Counted from the first letter of the stretch, positions 10,217 through 20,227 are shown. The stretch: 64,000 bases of DNA from Polyangiaceae bacterium (GCA_965222375.1 CBDCTZ010000014.1:544001-608000), one strand, 5' to 3'. The notes: a model not told the origin generated them from the sequence alone. A program made the numbers and translations.

Positions 10217-10825
10217 TCAACTTCCTGCGTCTTGTTTGGGCGGATCCAACACCGCATGGTGCCGGATCTTGCGCAAGGCCCGGCGGCCAATGCCACGCAC
10301 CCGCAGCAGGTCGTGTATGCGCCTGAAGCGGCCCAGTCGCTCTCGGAGGCGAAGAATCGAAGCCGCTCGCTTCTTGCCGACGCCGGGCAGGCGTTGCAGG
10401 TCCGCGGCGCTGGCCTGATTGAGGATCACCTTTCCTTCAGGTGTGAGTCCAGGGGGTGCGGCTTCGTCGTGAGTTGGCCGCACCGGGGCCGCGTGTCGCT
10501 GCGTGTCTGCTGGCGAGGATGCTGACGCTCGCGCTCGTGGCGCGAAGCCGCTCGAAGGCAACGGAGCGAGCCATGCGGTTCCGGCGCTAGCGTCGAACGC
10601 TAGTCCGCTACCGAGTAGGGCCCCGGCGCTCGGTAGCCGCGTCCAGGAAGCAGCTGCGCCCACCCCTGCCAGTGTGAGCACACCCAGCACCAACGCGGCG
10701 CCGCGCAGGGCGAGTTTGGGCAGCGCCGACGGTTGCGCCTGCGCGGGGGCCGACCAGCGGCCCCCGCGGTGGAGTTCCAATTGCCCACCGGAAAGATCCG
10801 GCGCGCGCTCTTCCACCCAGGTCAT
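10217..10825 (-). CDS. comEA: ComEA-family helix-hairpin-helix DNA-binding protein
   Basis: N-terminal TM segment; ILNQASAADLQRLPGVGKKRAASI...LLRVRGIG. Confidence 0.85.
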   Translation of the reverse strand: MTWVEERAPDLSGGQLELHRGGRWSAPAQAQPSALPKLALRGAALVLGVLTLAGVGAAASWTRLPSAGALLGSGLAFDASAGTAWLAPLPSSGFAPRARASASSPADTQRHAAPVRPTHDEAAPPGLTPEGKVILNQASAADLQRLPGVGKKRAASILRLRERLGRFRRIHDLLRVRGIGRRALRKIRHHAVLDPPKQDAGS

Positions 10826-10836
10826 GGTGGCGGCTT

Positions 10837-11076
10837 TCAGGAGAGCTCGGCGACGGCCTCAGCACCATTGCTGCGGCGTGACCCTTGGGGTTTGTCGGCC
10901 CACTCTTCCCGCGGCACGTAGTCGCGGATCTGCATTTCACCGCTCACCGGTGCTGCCTCGAGCTTGACATTCAAGGAGCCATCGCGATTGACGAAGGCCG
11001 CGCCGATGCGCGTCCAGTAGTTGCGCCCGTCGCGCTCGTTGATCACGTAGACGACCTTCAGTTTGCTTTCTTTCAT
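10837..11076 (-). CDS. Small beta-rich hypothetical protein (79 aa), possibly nucleic-acid binding
   Basis: MKESKLKVVYVINERDGRNYWTRIGAAFVNRDGSLNVKLEAAPVSGEMQIRD...; upstream GAGAGG RBS. It is the C-terminal part of track ORF 10837..11559. Confidence 0.8.
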   Translation of the reverse strand: MKESKLKVVYVINERDGRNYWTRIGAAFVNRDGSLNVKLEAAPVSGEMQIRDYVPREEWADKPQGSRRSNGAEAVAELS

Positions 11077-11277
11077 GGTTCGTTTCCTCTCTTCGGCGGG
11101 CCGGACTGGCCAGCTCGACCTGGCCTGTTGCGACCTCCGTGCCGTCGCCGAACTCCCGGATTTTCCCAGGTTTCTTCGGGTTGGCGCCTGGCGAGGCTGA
11201 GGCCCGCCGGTGGCGGAGCGCCACCGGGCTGCGACTCGTTTCGCCAAGTCCTGCCGCTTGAGGGATGATGCGACGCA

Positions 11278-12666
11278 ATGGGTGCCGCAAAGGCAGAGAG
11301 CGACTCGGCCCTGGTCGAAATCCGCCGTGGTCTCTCCTTGGCGCTGCTGTGCTTTGTCCTCATCACTCTGGCGAGTGCCGCCACCCAGCTGCTGAACACA
11401 AATGCCTTGATTGCTGCACGGGATGATCCGCGCGTTGCCCGGAGCGTCATGGCAACCAGTGCGTTGGCGACGCTGCTGTATCGGCTGTTCTACAGCCTGA
11501 TGACGGCATTCCTGGCCGCCGGGGCTGCGCGCATCGCTCGGGTCGGGGGCGGCAGCCACACTCGCGCGTTTTGGACCGCCGCGGTGTGCCTTGGCTTGGC
11601 AGCTGTGATCAACCTGGTGCTACTCAAAGCCGGTGACGCCTTGGCGGTGCTCGTGCTGTACGTGCTCTGCCGCGGCGTAGGAGTAGCGGCGTTGCTGTGG
11701 GGTACGTCACAGCTCGCTGGGATCTACGCCCGCCGATCTGCGGCGGTGATGGCGCTGCTATTCGCTGCCTTCGCCGTGGACCTCGCGTTGCCGTTCTTCG
11801 ATCTGACCAGGAGTGCCTGGGGTAGCGCTCATCCTTGGACACTGCGCTTGCTGACGCTTTCGCCGCAGCTGGCCCTGACCTCGCTCTTCGGATGGGTGGG
11901 GCTGCTCGTGTTGCGAGCGCTGCCCGAGCCCGAGGACGCCGCCGCGCGGGCGGCTTCGGACCGGGCCCAACGCGAACAGGCCGAGCACGACGCCGAAGAA
12001 CAAGAGCCTGAGCCCGACCCGGAGCCCGCGGATGGTGCCAAAGAAGTAGCGGCGGATTGGGATCGCCGAGGGGCCGGTGCCGAAATTGGCGTGGTGGCGC
12101 TGGGTTTGCTGGGCGCAGCCACGCTGCCCCTCGTCGACTTCTTTGGTGACGCCCGAGTGCTCGAGGTCTTGGCTTCGCGCCTCTTTGGTCACGGCGCTCG
12201 CGGCGACGCGACGTCCCTGGCGGTGTTGTTGATCCCGGTGTTCGCTCTGGTCATGGCGCGCGCACTGCTCCGCGCCTATCCTGCGGCGCCCTACCGAGCC
12301 CGTCTCGTATTCGTAATGATGGCGCTCGCTGGTGGTGGCTACACAGTGCACTCGGCCTACGCGTTGGCCTTGGCGCGCTCCGAGGCCGTGAGCCAATGGC
12401 CCGATTGTGACGGCACCGCCCAATCCCCCGGGACTGGCTCGGACGGAATCAGCGGTCCACGGCTCTCGGATGGGCGCCCGTGCGCCCACCTGGCGGAGCG
12501 CCCCGGCATGATGCGTGGCGGCTCCCATGAAATCAGCGTGCGGGATGGCATCGTGCACATCGTGACCCGATTCCCCAGAGATCGGATGCGCTTCTTCGGT
12601 GGTACCTTGCTGTCACTATTGGCGCTGGGTTGGTCCGGTTGGCGGGTGTTTCGAATCGCGGAGTGA
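11278..12666 (+). CDS. Multi-pass membrane protein of unknown function
   Basis: About 10 hydrophobic segments, with an acidic central linker (EEQEPEPDPEP). Confidence 0.7.
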   Translation: MGAAKAESDSALVEIRRGLSLALLCFVLITLASAATQLLNTNALIAARDDPRVARSVMATSALATLLYRLFYSLMTAFLAAGAARIARVGGGSHTRAFWTAAVCLGLAAVINLVLLKAGDALAVLVLYVLCRGVGVAALLWGTSQLAGIYARRSAAVMALLFAAFAVDLALPFFDLTRSAWGSAHPWTLRLLTLSPQLALTSLFGWVGLLVLRALPEPEDAAARAASDRAQREQAEHDAEEQEPEPDPEPADGAKEVAADWDRRGAGAEIGVVALGLLGAATLPLVDFFGDARVLEVLASRLFGHGARGDATSLAVLLIPVFALVMARALLRAYPAAPYRARLVFVMMALAGGGYTVHSAYALALARSEAVSQWPDCDGTAQSPGTGSDGISGPRLSDGRPCAHLAERPGMMRGGSHEISVRDGIVHIVTRFPRDRMRFFGGTLLSLLALGWSGWRVFRIAE

Positions 12667-13013
12667 TTACAACCAAGTCTCCGCGGCGTCCCGTCTCTGT
12701 GACGGACCGAGCTTTGCCGACTCGGGCGTCCCGTTGAGGGACCATCGTAGCGTTCGAAGTCCACCACCTAGCCGGACCTGTCCGCTTGCTCGAGGTCTCG
12801 TCCTAGAGCGTCGCCGGCGTGCTGGCACAAAGAGGCCTGGATGGCTGCAGGGCTGCCCCAGTCTTTGGCGTAGTAGTCAAAGGCGGCGACGGCAGTGGGC
12901 CCTTTGCGCAGTGTTTCAAACGGCTGCGGTTGTTCGGCGGACGCGGGTTCAAGCTTCCACGGGGAGCGCTGCTGCCCGCTGTGATGTCGCCCTGCGGCGG
13001 TTGCGAGCGCGCG

Positions 13014-13622
13014 TCAGCCCCTCGCGGCGCTGAGTTTGCGTTCGGAATCCGCAAGTCGTTCCTGCGCATCCACGCGGAGCAGATCCGCTTCTTGAAACTC
13101 CGCGCTCGCCAACGCCAGGTTGGCATCGATGGTCGCCATCTCCGCAACGTTCCGCGAGCCACTGCTCTGAGCTCGATGCTTGGCTTTGTTGCGCGCCTTC
13201 TTCGCTGCCGTGCGCCGCTCTTCCGCCCGAGCTAACTCCGCGCGGTCTCGTTCGACACGCGCGGTATAAAACGCGACTGCATTCTCTCGCGAGAAGGTGC
13301 ACAACACAGAAATCTCTTCGGTCAATTCGTTCAGCAGCGCTTCCAGTCGCTCGTATTCCGTTTGCCGAGTCAGCTCGTCGCTTTGGACTTCGGCTCGAGC
13401 GATGGCCACTTCCGCAGCGGCTTTGGCACCGGCAATTTGCGCTGCGGCTTGACCCGTGCCTCGGGCCAGTTCGAGCTCGGCCTGGTGCTGTGCCTTCATT
13501 CGCTCGATTCGAGATTCATGCACACCGTGGATCGCCTTCAGTTCCTTGCGCAACTGAACGATCTCCGCGGTCAGCGCGTTGATTTGCTCTTGAGCTAGGA
13601 GTAGAGGATCCGGTGAACTCAT
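13014..13622 (-). CDS. Coiled-coil hypothetical protein
   Basis: MSSPDPLLLAQEQINALTAEIVQLRKEL...; heptad-like E/A/R/L/Q composition; start reassigned to ATG 13622. Confidence 0.6.
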   Translation of the reverse strand: MSSPDPLLLAQEQINALTAEIVQLRKELKAIHGVHESRIERMKAQHQAELELARGTGQAAAQIAGAKAAAEVAIARAEVQSDELTRQTEYERLEALLNELTEEISVLCTFSRENAVAFYTARVERDRAELARAEERRTAAKKARNKAKHRAQSSGSRNVAEMATIDANLALASAEFQEADLLRVDAQERLADSERKLSAARG

Positions 13623-13837
13623 CGCGTGCCTCGCGGCGCGCAGAACCAACAAGCCATGCACGCGGATTATGCGATCCCGGGGCCCGTCGGGTCGAATCCC
13701 TGGCAGCCGGCGTCGGCGGCGCCCGCGGCCAAGCCTTCCGTTACGTAACAAACCTGAGGGATTCTAGGGGCCTACGAGGGCGAATTTGCTTGGGTTTTGT
13801 GCCCATGATAACCCGTTGTTCCCGGAGGATCAGCCCC

Positions 13838-14923
13838 ATGACCGACTCGAAGCTCACCCCCCGCCTCACTCGCCGCGACGCCCTGAAAGGGGCCGCCGGA
13901 GCTGGCGCTGCCTTAGCGCTCACGTCGGAAGTCGCTGCGGCACTACCCGAAGCATCGAGCTTGATAGCCAAGCCGCCCAAGGGATTCGTTCCCATGGCTA
14001 TTCCCGGCAAGGTCGTGAAGGTCTCCGCGAAGGGCGACAGCAAGGATGCGATGCAGCCGAACCTGCTCTGGCCGAAAGACGAGGTAGCCAAGCGGCTGCT
14101 CGAAAAAGCGATGATGGAGTTCACCGGGGCGCCGAACCTGGTGGAAGCCCTGGGCAAGTTCATCCACAAAGACGACATCGTGGCCATCAAGCCCAACGGC
14201 ATCGCAGGCCAGAAGGGCCACACCATGGCCACGAACTACGAGCTGATTCTTCCCGTCGTGGAAGGCCTGCTCAAGTTGGGCGTGCCCCCCGACAAGGTCA
14301 TGGTTTTTGAGCAGTATCCATCGTTCTTGATGGGGACCCGAGTGGGAGTGCGCAAGTGGAAGCTGCCCGAAGGCGTCCAGACCGGCACCCACAACAACAA
14401 GAACCATCCCATGCAGGACGTGCGCATCTATCAGGGGATCCCGACCCGCTACGCCAAGCAGTTCCTGGACGCGACGGCCGTGATCGACATGAGCCAAATC
14501 AAGGACCACTCGATTTGCGGCTACACGGGTTGCCTGAAGAACATCACTCACGGCACCATCAACAACCCCCATGACCACCATGCGCATCAGTGCAGTCCTC
14601 AGATTGCCATGCTGCACAACCACCCGATCGTGACCAGCCGGGTTCGGCTGCACATCACCGATGCCTTCAAAATCATGTACGACCGCGGCCCCCTGGACAA
14701 AGATCCGCGCACCCGGATCCTGCATGGTGCTGTCTACGTCGCGACGGATCCCGTTGCCCAGGACATCGTGGGTTGGAAGGTCGTCGAGGAAGAGCGCAAG
14801 AAGCGCAACCTCAAGACGCTGAAGGAAGTCCGGCGCGAGCCCCGCTATCTGCGTACTGCCGGCGAGCTCGGCTTGGGCGTTGCGGACGAAAACCAGGTTC
14901 GTCTGCAGACTTTCGAGGTCTAG
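13838..14923 (+). CDS. Tat-exported DUF362-domain protein
   Basis: TRRDALKGAAG twin-arginine signal; DIVAIKPN, IKDHSICGYTGCLKN, TDPVAQD; GGAGGA RBS. Confidence 0.85.
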   Translation: MTDSKLTPRLTRRDALKGAAGAGAALALTSEVAAALPEASSLIAKPPKGFVPMAIPGKVVKVSAKGDSKDAMQPNLLWPKDEVAKRLLEKAMMEFTGAPNLVEALGKFIHKDDIVAIKPNGIAGQKGHTMATNYELILPVVEGLLKLGVPPDKVMVFEQYPSFLMGTRVGVRKWKLPEGVQTGTHNNKNHPMQDVRIYQGIPTRYAKQFLDATAVIDMSQIKDHSICGYTGCLKNITHGTINNPHDHHAHQCSPQIAMLHNHPIVTSRVRLHITDAFKIMYDRGPLDKDPRTRILHGAVYVATDPVAQDIVGWKVVEEERKKRNLKTLKEVRREPRYLRTAGELGLGVADENQVRLQTFEV

Positions 14924-15159
14924 GGACCTCAAAGAGGCCTGTTTTCACAGGAAGCCTTGGCGAATCGCGCCTGGGGGGCTACGGTCCGCGCCCTCACAGC
15001 GTGCTCGGTAGCGCCTGCCTGCTTCTCTTCGAGATCGCGGAAAGCCGTTCTGATTCACATTTGTGTGCGCAGCGGCTGCCCGCTGCACCCAGCTTGAAGA
15101 GTGGCTGCATTCGAGATGGATTTTCGTTGAAGCCGATTGAAAATGAGAGAGACAAGTAG

Positions 15160-15474
15160 ATGAATACCCGACTGTACGTGGGCAACCTGGCATTCCACAC
15201 CACTGAGGACGCGCTCCAGCGCGCATTCGCCGAGTTCGGCGAGGTCCAAGAGGCCACTCTAGTTCTCGACCGCGAGACCGGCCGTTCCCGCGGTTTTGGC
15301 TTCGTGTCGATGGTCAGCGCTGAAGACGCCCAGCGCGCCATCAACGAGATGAACGGCACCGAGCTCGACGGCCGTGCCCTGCGAGTGAACGAGGCTGAAG
15401 ATCGGCGCCCCCGGGGTGGCGGTGGTGGTGGCGGTTTCCGTCGCAACGACCGCGGCGGTGGCGGTCGCTGGTAA
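15160..15474 (+). CDS. RRM RNA-binding protein with Gly/Arg-rich tail
   Basis: RNP2 LYVGNL, RNP1 RGFGFVSM, LDGRALRVNEA, RGGGG tail. Confidence 0.97.
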   Translation: MNTRLYVGNLAFHTTEDALQRAFAEFGEVQEATLVLDRETGRSRGFGFVSMVSAEDAQRAINEMNGTELDGRALRVNEAEDRRPRGGGGGGGFRRNDRGGGGRW

Positions 15475-15482
15475 TCGAGTGA

Positions 15483-15516
15483 GTCGAATGCGGCGGTTTG
15501 TGCCGCCGCATTCGAC
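15483..15516 (+). other. Perfect 14-bp stem-loop between the RRM gene and the next gene
   Basis: GTCGAATGCGGCGG-TTTGTG-CCGCCGCATTCGAC; no U-tract follows. Confidence 0.8.
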
Positions 15517-15533
15517 GAACCAGTGAGACCCAA

Positions 15534-15923
15534 ATGGCTCGTTTTCGAAACCGCCAGAGTGAAGCCCAGCAACGCAGTGCCGAGCGCCGTCAGAGAGAAG
15601 ACGAAGCGCCGCGATTGCTGGAAGAAGTTCCGAAGCTGAAGACATTGTGCCTGCGGATTCAGGAGCACAATGCCCATGGCCCGATTGGGGAGTCCAAGTA
15701 CGTGCGCCACATCCCGGTGGCCCACGCGGCCGCATTGGTGGAGTTGCCGTGCATGGACAGCTATTGCGAAGACGGCGGGCACGATGTGACTCGCGAAATC
15801 CTGCGTGCGCTGACATCTGGGGAGACTCAATTCGAGGGCGAAGACCCCTGTCACGGCCACACCAAGACTGCCGACTGCAAGCGCGTGCTGCACTACGTCG
15901 CTGAAGCCACCTACGACGCCTGA
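15534..15923 (+). CDS. Hypothetical protein with putative metal-binding Cys/His motif
   Basis: PCMDSYCEDGGHD and PCHGHTKTADC; basic N-terminus. Confidence 0.75.
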   Translation: MARFRNRQSEAQQRSAERRQREDEAPRLLEEVPKLKTLCLRIQEHNAHGPIGESKYVRHIPVAHAAALVELPCMDSYCEDGGHDVTREILRALTSGETQFEGEDPCHGHTKTADCKRVLHYVAEATYDA

Positions 15924-16015
15924 GCCCTCCCGCCTCGAGGGTGTAATGACAAGGCCTGCGCTCTCGCGGGTGACAATCTGGCGCGGCTCCCGTACGCTGC
16001 TCCTTCCGCGGGGTG

Positions 16016-16741
16016 ATGGTGGAAGCGAGTTCCGACCAACTGAACGTATTGGTCATCGACGATGACCCGGGCACTCGTGCCCTGCTGGTCGACGTGGTCC
16101 TGAGTCGCGGGCACCAGGCCGTTCCGGCCGGCTCCGCCGAAGAGGGATTGCACCTGCTCGTCAGCTGGAGCTTCCAGGTGGCGTTTTTGGATCAGCGTCT
16201 GCCTGGCATGGAGGGGCTGCTGCTGGGGGAGTATCTGCGCCGAAACAACCCCGACATGATGATCGCGCTGGTCACGGGGGAGGACGATTGTCGACTGGCA
16301 CGAGTCGCCAAGGACCTCTCGATTCGCTTCATCGCCAAGCCCTTCGACGTGCAGCTCATCCACGACGTATTGGACGACACGCTGAGTTCCGCCCAGAAGC
16401 GCGATGAGCTTCGACAGCAGCACGCGGAAGCGGAGTTTGCTCCACTTTTTTCGGAGCATGCGGCGACGCTGGCCGAGGCCTACGAGATCCCCGGCGTGCC
16501 CGAACGTATCGAACGGCGGCTGGCCGAGACCATCAAGCGGCGGCTCTCGGACCTGCGTTCTGTAGGGCGCTACACGGAGCAGGGCAGGGTGGTGGCTCTT
16601 TCGGGCTTGCTGACAGCTCGGGTTCTGGGCCTGGACCTGCGCAAGTTCTCGCCATCGGGCACGTCGCTCTTCGCCGAGTACGACGAAATCATGGCTCAGC
16701 GCGGGCGCCGCAAAGAGTTCGACGAACCCAACGACGACTGA
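16016..16741 (+). CDS. Response regulator: receiver domain plus unrecognised C-terminal domain
   Basis: VLVIDDD, FLDQRLPGMEG (phospho-Asp), LVTG, IAKPF. Confidence 0.9.
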   Translation: MVEASSDQLNVLVIDDDPGTRALLVDVVLSRGHQAVPAGSAEEGLHLLVSWSFQVAFLDQRLPGMEGLLLGEYLRRNNPDMMIALVTGEDDCRLARVAKDLSIRFIAKPFDVQLIHDVLDDTLSSAQKRDELRQQHAEAEFAPLFSEHAATLAEAYEIPGVPERIERRLAETIKRRLSDLRSVGRYTEQGRVVALSGLLTARVLGLDLRKFSPSGTSLFAEYDEIMAQRGRRKEFDEPNDD

Positions 16742-16794
16742 GCAGATCCTTTTCTGCCACCGCACGTACTTGTCGCGGCAGGGAGAGAAGACTC

Positions 16795-18330
16795 ATGAAT
16801 AGACGCGTGTTTTGGCTGCTATGTGGGCTTGCTTTGGCCGTTGCACCTGCGGCATCTGCGAAGCGGCCAAAAGATGACGACGACCGGAAACGGCCTGCTT
16901 TCAGGCCGCGACCGGCGATGCCGTTCCGGGCCAAACCGAAGATGAGCATGGGCGCGACCCCCGGCGGCGCGCAGGACATCGACTTCGCCCGCTCCCGAAT
17001 CCGCGCAGGACAGGTTCCCCACGCCAAGACCTTCACGCCGGAAGGGCTGCTCAGTCAGCACGACCTGCCTCTGCCCTCCAAGCGCAAATGCAAACAGGTC
17101 TTGTGCCTCACCGGCGCCGCGGCGTCTGCGGAGCTGCTCGCCCAGCCCGAGGTCAGGTACCTCGCTCAGCTGGGATTCGCGTCCAACCTGAATCCGAAGA
17201 CCTGGCGGCGAAAGCCCCTGAACCTGATCGCGGTGGTCGACAAAAGCGGAAGCATGAGTGGCGCGCCCCTCGACACGGTGAAGGCGAGCCTGCGGCACAT
17301 CGCCCTGCAAATGACGCCAAGGGATCGCCTCGGCATCGTGTTGTACGGGGACCGAAGCCACGTGCACCTTCGCCCCACGTCGCTCAAACGGCGGGGCGCC
17401 GTGCTGGCCTCCATCGCACAGATCCAAAGCGCTGGCAGTACCGCCATGGAAGCCGGGTTGCGCGTAGGGTTCGATCTGGCCGTCCGCAGCAAGCCCGGAT
17501 TTCGTGGACTGACCCGGGTGATGCTCTTTACGGACGAGCGTCCCAACGTCGGCCGGACGGACAAAGAGAGCTTCATGGGCATGGCCCGGGATGCCAGCCG
17601 TCAAGGCGTCGGCATGACCACGATTGGCGTATCGACCCACTTCGGCGCAGAGCTGGCGACGGCAGTGAGCAGCGTCCGGGGCGGCAATCTCTTCTTCTTC
17701 CCTAATGCCTCGAAGATGAGCGCGCGCTTCGCCCGGGACTTCGACACCATGGTGACCGAGTTGGCTCATGACATGAAACTGGTCGTCACGCCCCGCAAGG
17801 GCTTTCGCTTGGTGGGGCTCTACGGCGTGCCAGGAGATATGGTCAAACGAACCAAGGGCGGCGGACTGTCCATGAAGATAGAGACCATCTTCCTGAGTCG
17901 CGACAAGGGTGGGATCTTCTTCGCTTTCGCGCCGAAGTTGGGAGCGCTGCCCGCGCCCGCCGGACCCATCGCAGACGCCAAGCTCGAGTACGTGGACATG
18001 CAGAGCAAGCGCCTCCGTGACCGCGTGAAGTTCCCCCTCGTCTCGAAAACGCGCATGCCTCTCGGCCTGGCACGCGGCACGTTGCTGATTGACGAGATCA
18101 CCACGCTGAAAAAGGCGTCCGTGCTGCATCGCCAGCAGAACAAGACCGAAGCCGCCTATCGCCTGGTGCGGGCTCTGCGCAAGCGGTTCGCGGACTCGCG
18201 AGTGTCTGGGCTGAAAGAAGAGCGCAAGCTGATCGACAACCTGCACAAGACCCTGACCCGGCTCAGCGGTCACAAAGGCGAGGCCCCGAGTGTGATCGCC
18301 CGGGACACCGTCAGCGGAATGCCGCGTTGA
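16795..18330 (+). CDS. Secreted von Willebrand factor A (VWA) domain protein
   Basis: Signal peptide; LNLIAVVDKSGSM (MIDAS), GSTAMEAGL, RVMLFTD. Confidence 0.9.
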   Translation: MNRRVFWLLCGLALAVAPAASAKRPKDDDDRKRPAFRPRPAMPFRAKPKMSMGATPGGAQDIDFARSRIRAGQVPHAKTFTPEGLLSQHDLPLPSKRKCKQVLCLTGAAASAELLAQPEVRYLAQLGFASNLNPKTWRRKPLNLIAVVDKSGSMSGAPLDTVKASLRHIALQMTPRDRLGIVLYGDRSHVHLRPTSLKRRGAVLASIAQIQSAGSTAMEAGLRVGFDLAVRSKPGFRGLTRVMLFTDERPNVGRTDKESFMGMARDASRQGVGMTTIGVSTHFGAELATAVSSVRGGNLFFFPNASKMSARFARDFDTMVTELAHDMKLVVTPRKGFRLVGLYGVPGDMVKRTKGGGLSMKIETIFLSRDKGGIFFAFAPKLGALPAPAGPIADAKLEYVDMQSKRLRDRVKFPLVSKTRMPLGLARGTLLIDEITTLKKASVLHRQQNKTEAAYRLVRALRKRFADSRVSGLKEERKLIDNLHKTLTRLSGHKGEAPSVIARDTVSGMPR

Positions 18331-18389
18331 AGGGTTCAACTTTCGTCTAGCCCCTTAAGAAGCCGGGGCGGCAGTCCTATGTTCATGGG

Positions 18390-20213
18390 GTGCTATCGGA
18401 AAAAATCGGTGTGTTCCGTTATGGCGGTCGGGCAATCAGCCTCGTCTGGCAGACCAGTCGAGGCCTGACCCTCGGGCTAATCGCCCTGTCCGTCGTGGGA
18501 GGTGTGCTGCCGGCCGCGGTGGCTTGGGTGGGCAAACTGATCGTCGACGCCGTCGTCGCCGCGATGGCCAGCCCCGGCGCGGGCCTTTCCTGGTCCGAGC
18601 TCGCGACGGGCTCGGCGCGCACGGCGCTCAGCTACGTCGCCCTGGAAGCCGCTCTGATCGCTCTGCTCGCGGCCAATCAGAGGATCCTCTCAGTGATCCG
18701 TTCGCTTCTGCGCGCCCAGCTGGGGCAGCGCGTGAACGTCATGATCCTCGAGAAGGCCGGCACCCTGGAGCTGGCGCATTTCGAGGACTCGGAGCTTTAC
18801 GATCGAATGACCCGAGCGCGGCGTGAAGCGTCGACGCGCCCCCTCAGCCTGGTGATGAAGACCTTCGGACTAGTCCAGGACGGCATCGCCTTGGTCAGTT
18901 TCGGCAGCTTGCTACTGACCTTCTCGGGGTTTGCCGTGTTGGTGCTGGCCGTTGCCGCCATCCCCGCTTTCCTGGTGGAAACGCGGTTTTCCGGCGAAGC
19001 GTTTCGGCTCTTCAAGTGGCGTACCCCCGAAACGCGCCAGCAGATGTACTTGGAGACCGTCCTGGCGCGGGAGGACTTCGTCAAAGAAGTGCAACTCTAT
19101 GGGTTGGGTCCCCGCTTCCTGCGCCGCTACCAAGAGATCTTCGAGAAGCTCTACGCAGAGGATCGCAAGCTGACTCTGCGCCGAGGTGCGTGGGGGTTCG
19201 CTCTCGGGCTGCTCAGCACCGGCGCGTTCTACGGTGCCTATGCCTGGATTGCGGTCGCCGCCGTCTCCGGTGCGATCAGCTTGGGCGAGATGACCATGTA
19301 CCTGCTCGTATTCAAACAGGGCCAATCGACTCTTGCGTCGGCCCTGAGTGCCCTCGGCGGCATGTACGGCGACAATCTGTACCTTTCCAACCTCTACACG
19401 TTTTTGGACGAAGAAGTCCCTCGCGCCAGCGGCGTTGCCATCGAAGGGCCCAATCCTGGCGATGGCATTCGTTTCGAGGGTGTATCCTTCACCTACCCAG
19501 ATGCAGAGCGCCCCGCGCTCAGCGGCATCGATCTGCACGTGCGGCCCGGACAGAAGTTGGCCTTGGTGGGCGAGAACGGCTCTGGGAAGACGACGCTGAT
19601 CAAGTTGATGACGCGTCTCTACGCGCCCACTGCGGGGCGGATCACGCTGGATGGCCTCGAACTCGGCCAGTGGGATGCCCAAGCGCTGCGCCGCCGCATT
19701 GGTGTGATCTTCCAGGACTTCGCCCGCTACCAAATGCGGGTCGGCGAGAACATCGGCGCCGGGGACGTCACAGCTTTCGATGATTCCGAGCGCTGGAAGT
19801 CCGCCGCCGAAAAGGGGCTCGCGTCGCCTTTCATCGACGCGCTGCCCGAGGCCTATGAAACTCAGCTCGGGCGCTGGTTCAAAGGCGGCCGAGAGCTATC
19901 CATCGGCCAATGGCAGAAGATCGCGCTGTCCCGGGCCTTCATGCGGGAGCAGGCCGACATCCTGGTTTTGGACGAGCCGACCGCGAGCATGGACGCGGAA
20001 GCTGAAAAGAACATCTTCGACCGCTTCCGTGAAGGCACCCGCCAGCAGATCGCCGTACTCATCTCGCATCGTTTTTCCACCGTGCGTATGGCTGACGAAA
20101 TCGTCGTGCTCGGAGGCGGTCACATCTTGGAGCAGGGCAGCCACGACGCCTTGGTTGCCCAGAGTGGCCACTACGCGCACCTGTTTTCTCTGCAAGCTGC
20201 CGGCTATCAGTGA
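18390..20213 (+). CDS. ABC exporter, fused permease and ATP-binding domains
   Basis: Several TM helices; Walker A GENGSGKT, signature LSIGQWQ, Walker B LVLDEP, ISHRFS. Confidence 0.95.
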   Translation: MLSEKIGVFRYGGRAISLVWQTSRGLTLGLIALSVVGGVLPAAVAWVGKLIVDAVVAAMASPGAGLSWSELATGSARTALSYVALEAALIALLAANQRILSVIRSLLRAQLGQRVNVMILEKAGTLELAHFEDSELYDRMTRARREASTRPLSLVMKTFGLVQDGIALVSFGSLLLTFSGFAVLVLAVAAIPAFLVETRFSGEAFRLFKWRTPETRQQMYLETVLAREDFVKEVQLYGLGPRFLRRYQEIFEKLYAEDRKLTLRRGAWGFALGLLSTGAFYGAYAWIAVAAVSGAISLGEMTMYLLVFKQGQSTLASALSALGGMYGDNLYLSNLYTFLDEEVPRASGVAIEGPNPGDGIRFEGVSFTYPDAERPALSGIDLHVRPGQKLALVGENGSGKTTLIKLMTRLYAPTAGRITLDGLELGQWDAQALRRRIGVIFQDFARYQMRVGENIGAGDVTAFDDSERWKSAAEKGLASPFIDALPEAYETQLGRWFKGGRELSIGQWQKIALSRAFMREQADILVLDEPTASMDAEAEKNIFDRFREGTRQQIAVLISHRFSTVRMADEIVVLGGGHILEQGSHDALVAQSGHYAHLFSLQAAGYQ

Positions 20214-20227
20214 AGATGTTCGTGGGG

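Noticed and set aside
13014..13016. TGA as a selenocysteine codon
   Set aside because: No redox-motif context and no convincing SECIS hairpin immediately downstream.
13740..13749. GTTACGTAAC palindrome, and the 9-bp GC hairpin at 11207-11227
   Set aside because: Too short to distinguish from chance without comparative data.
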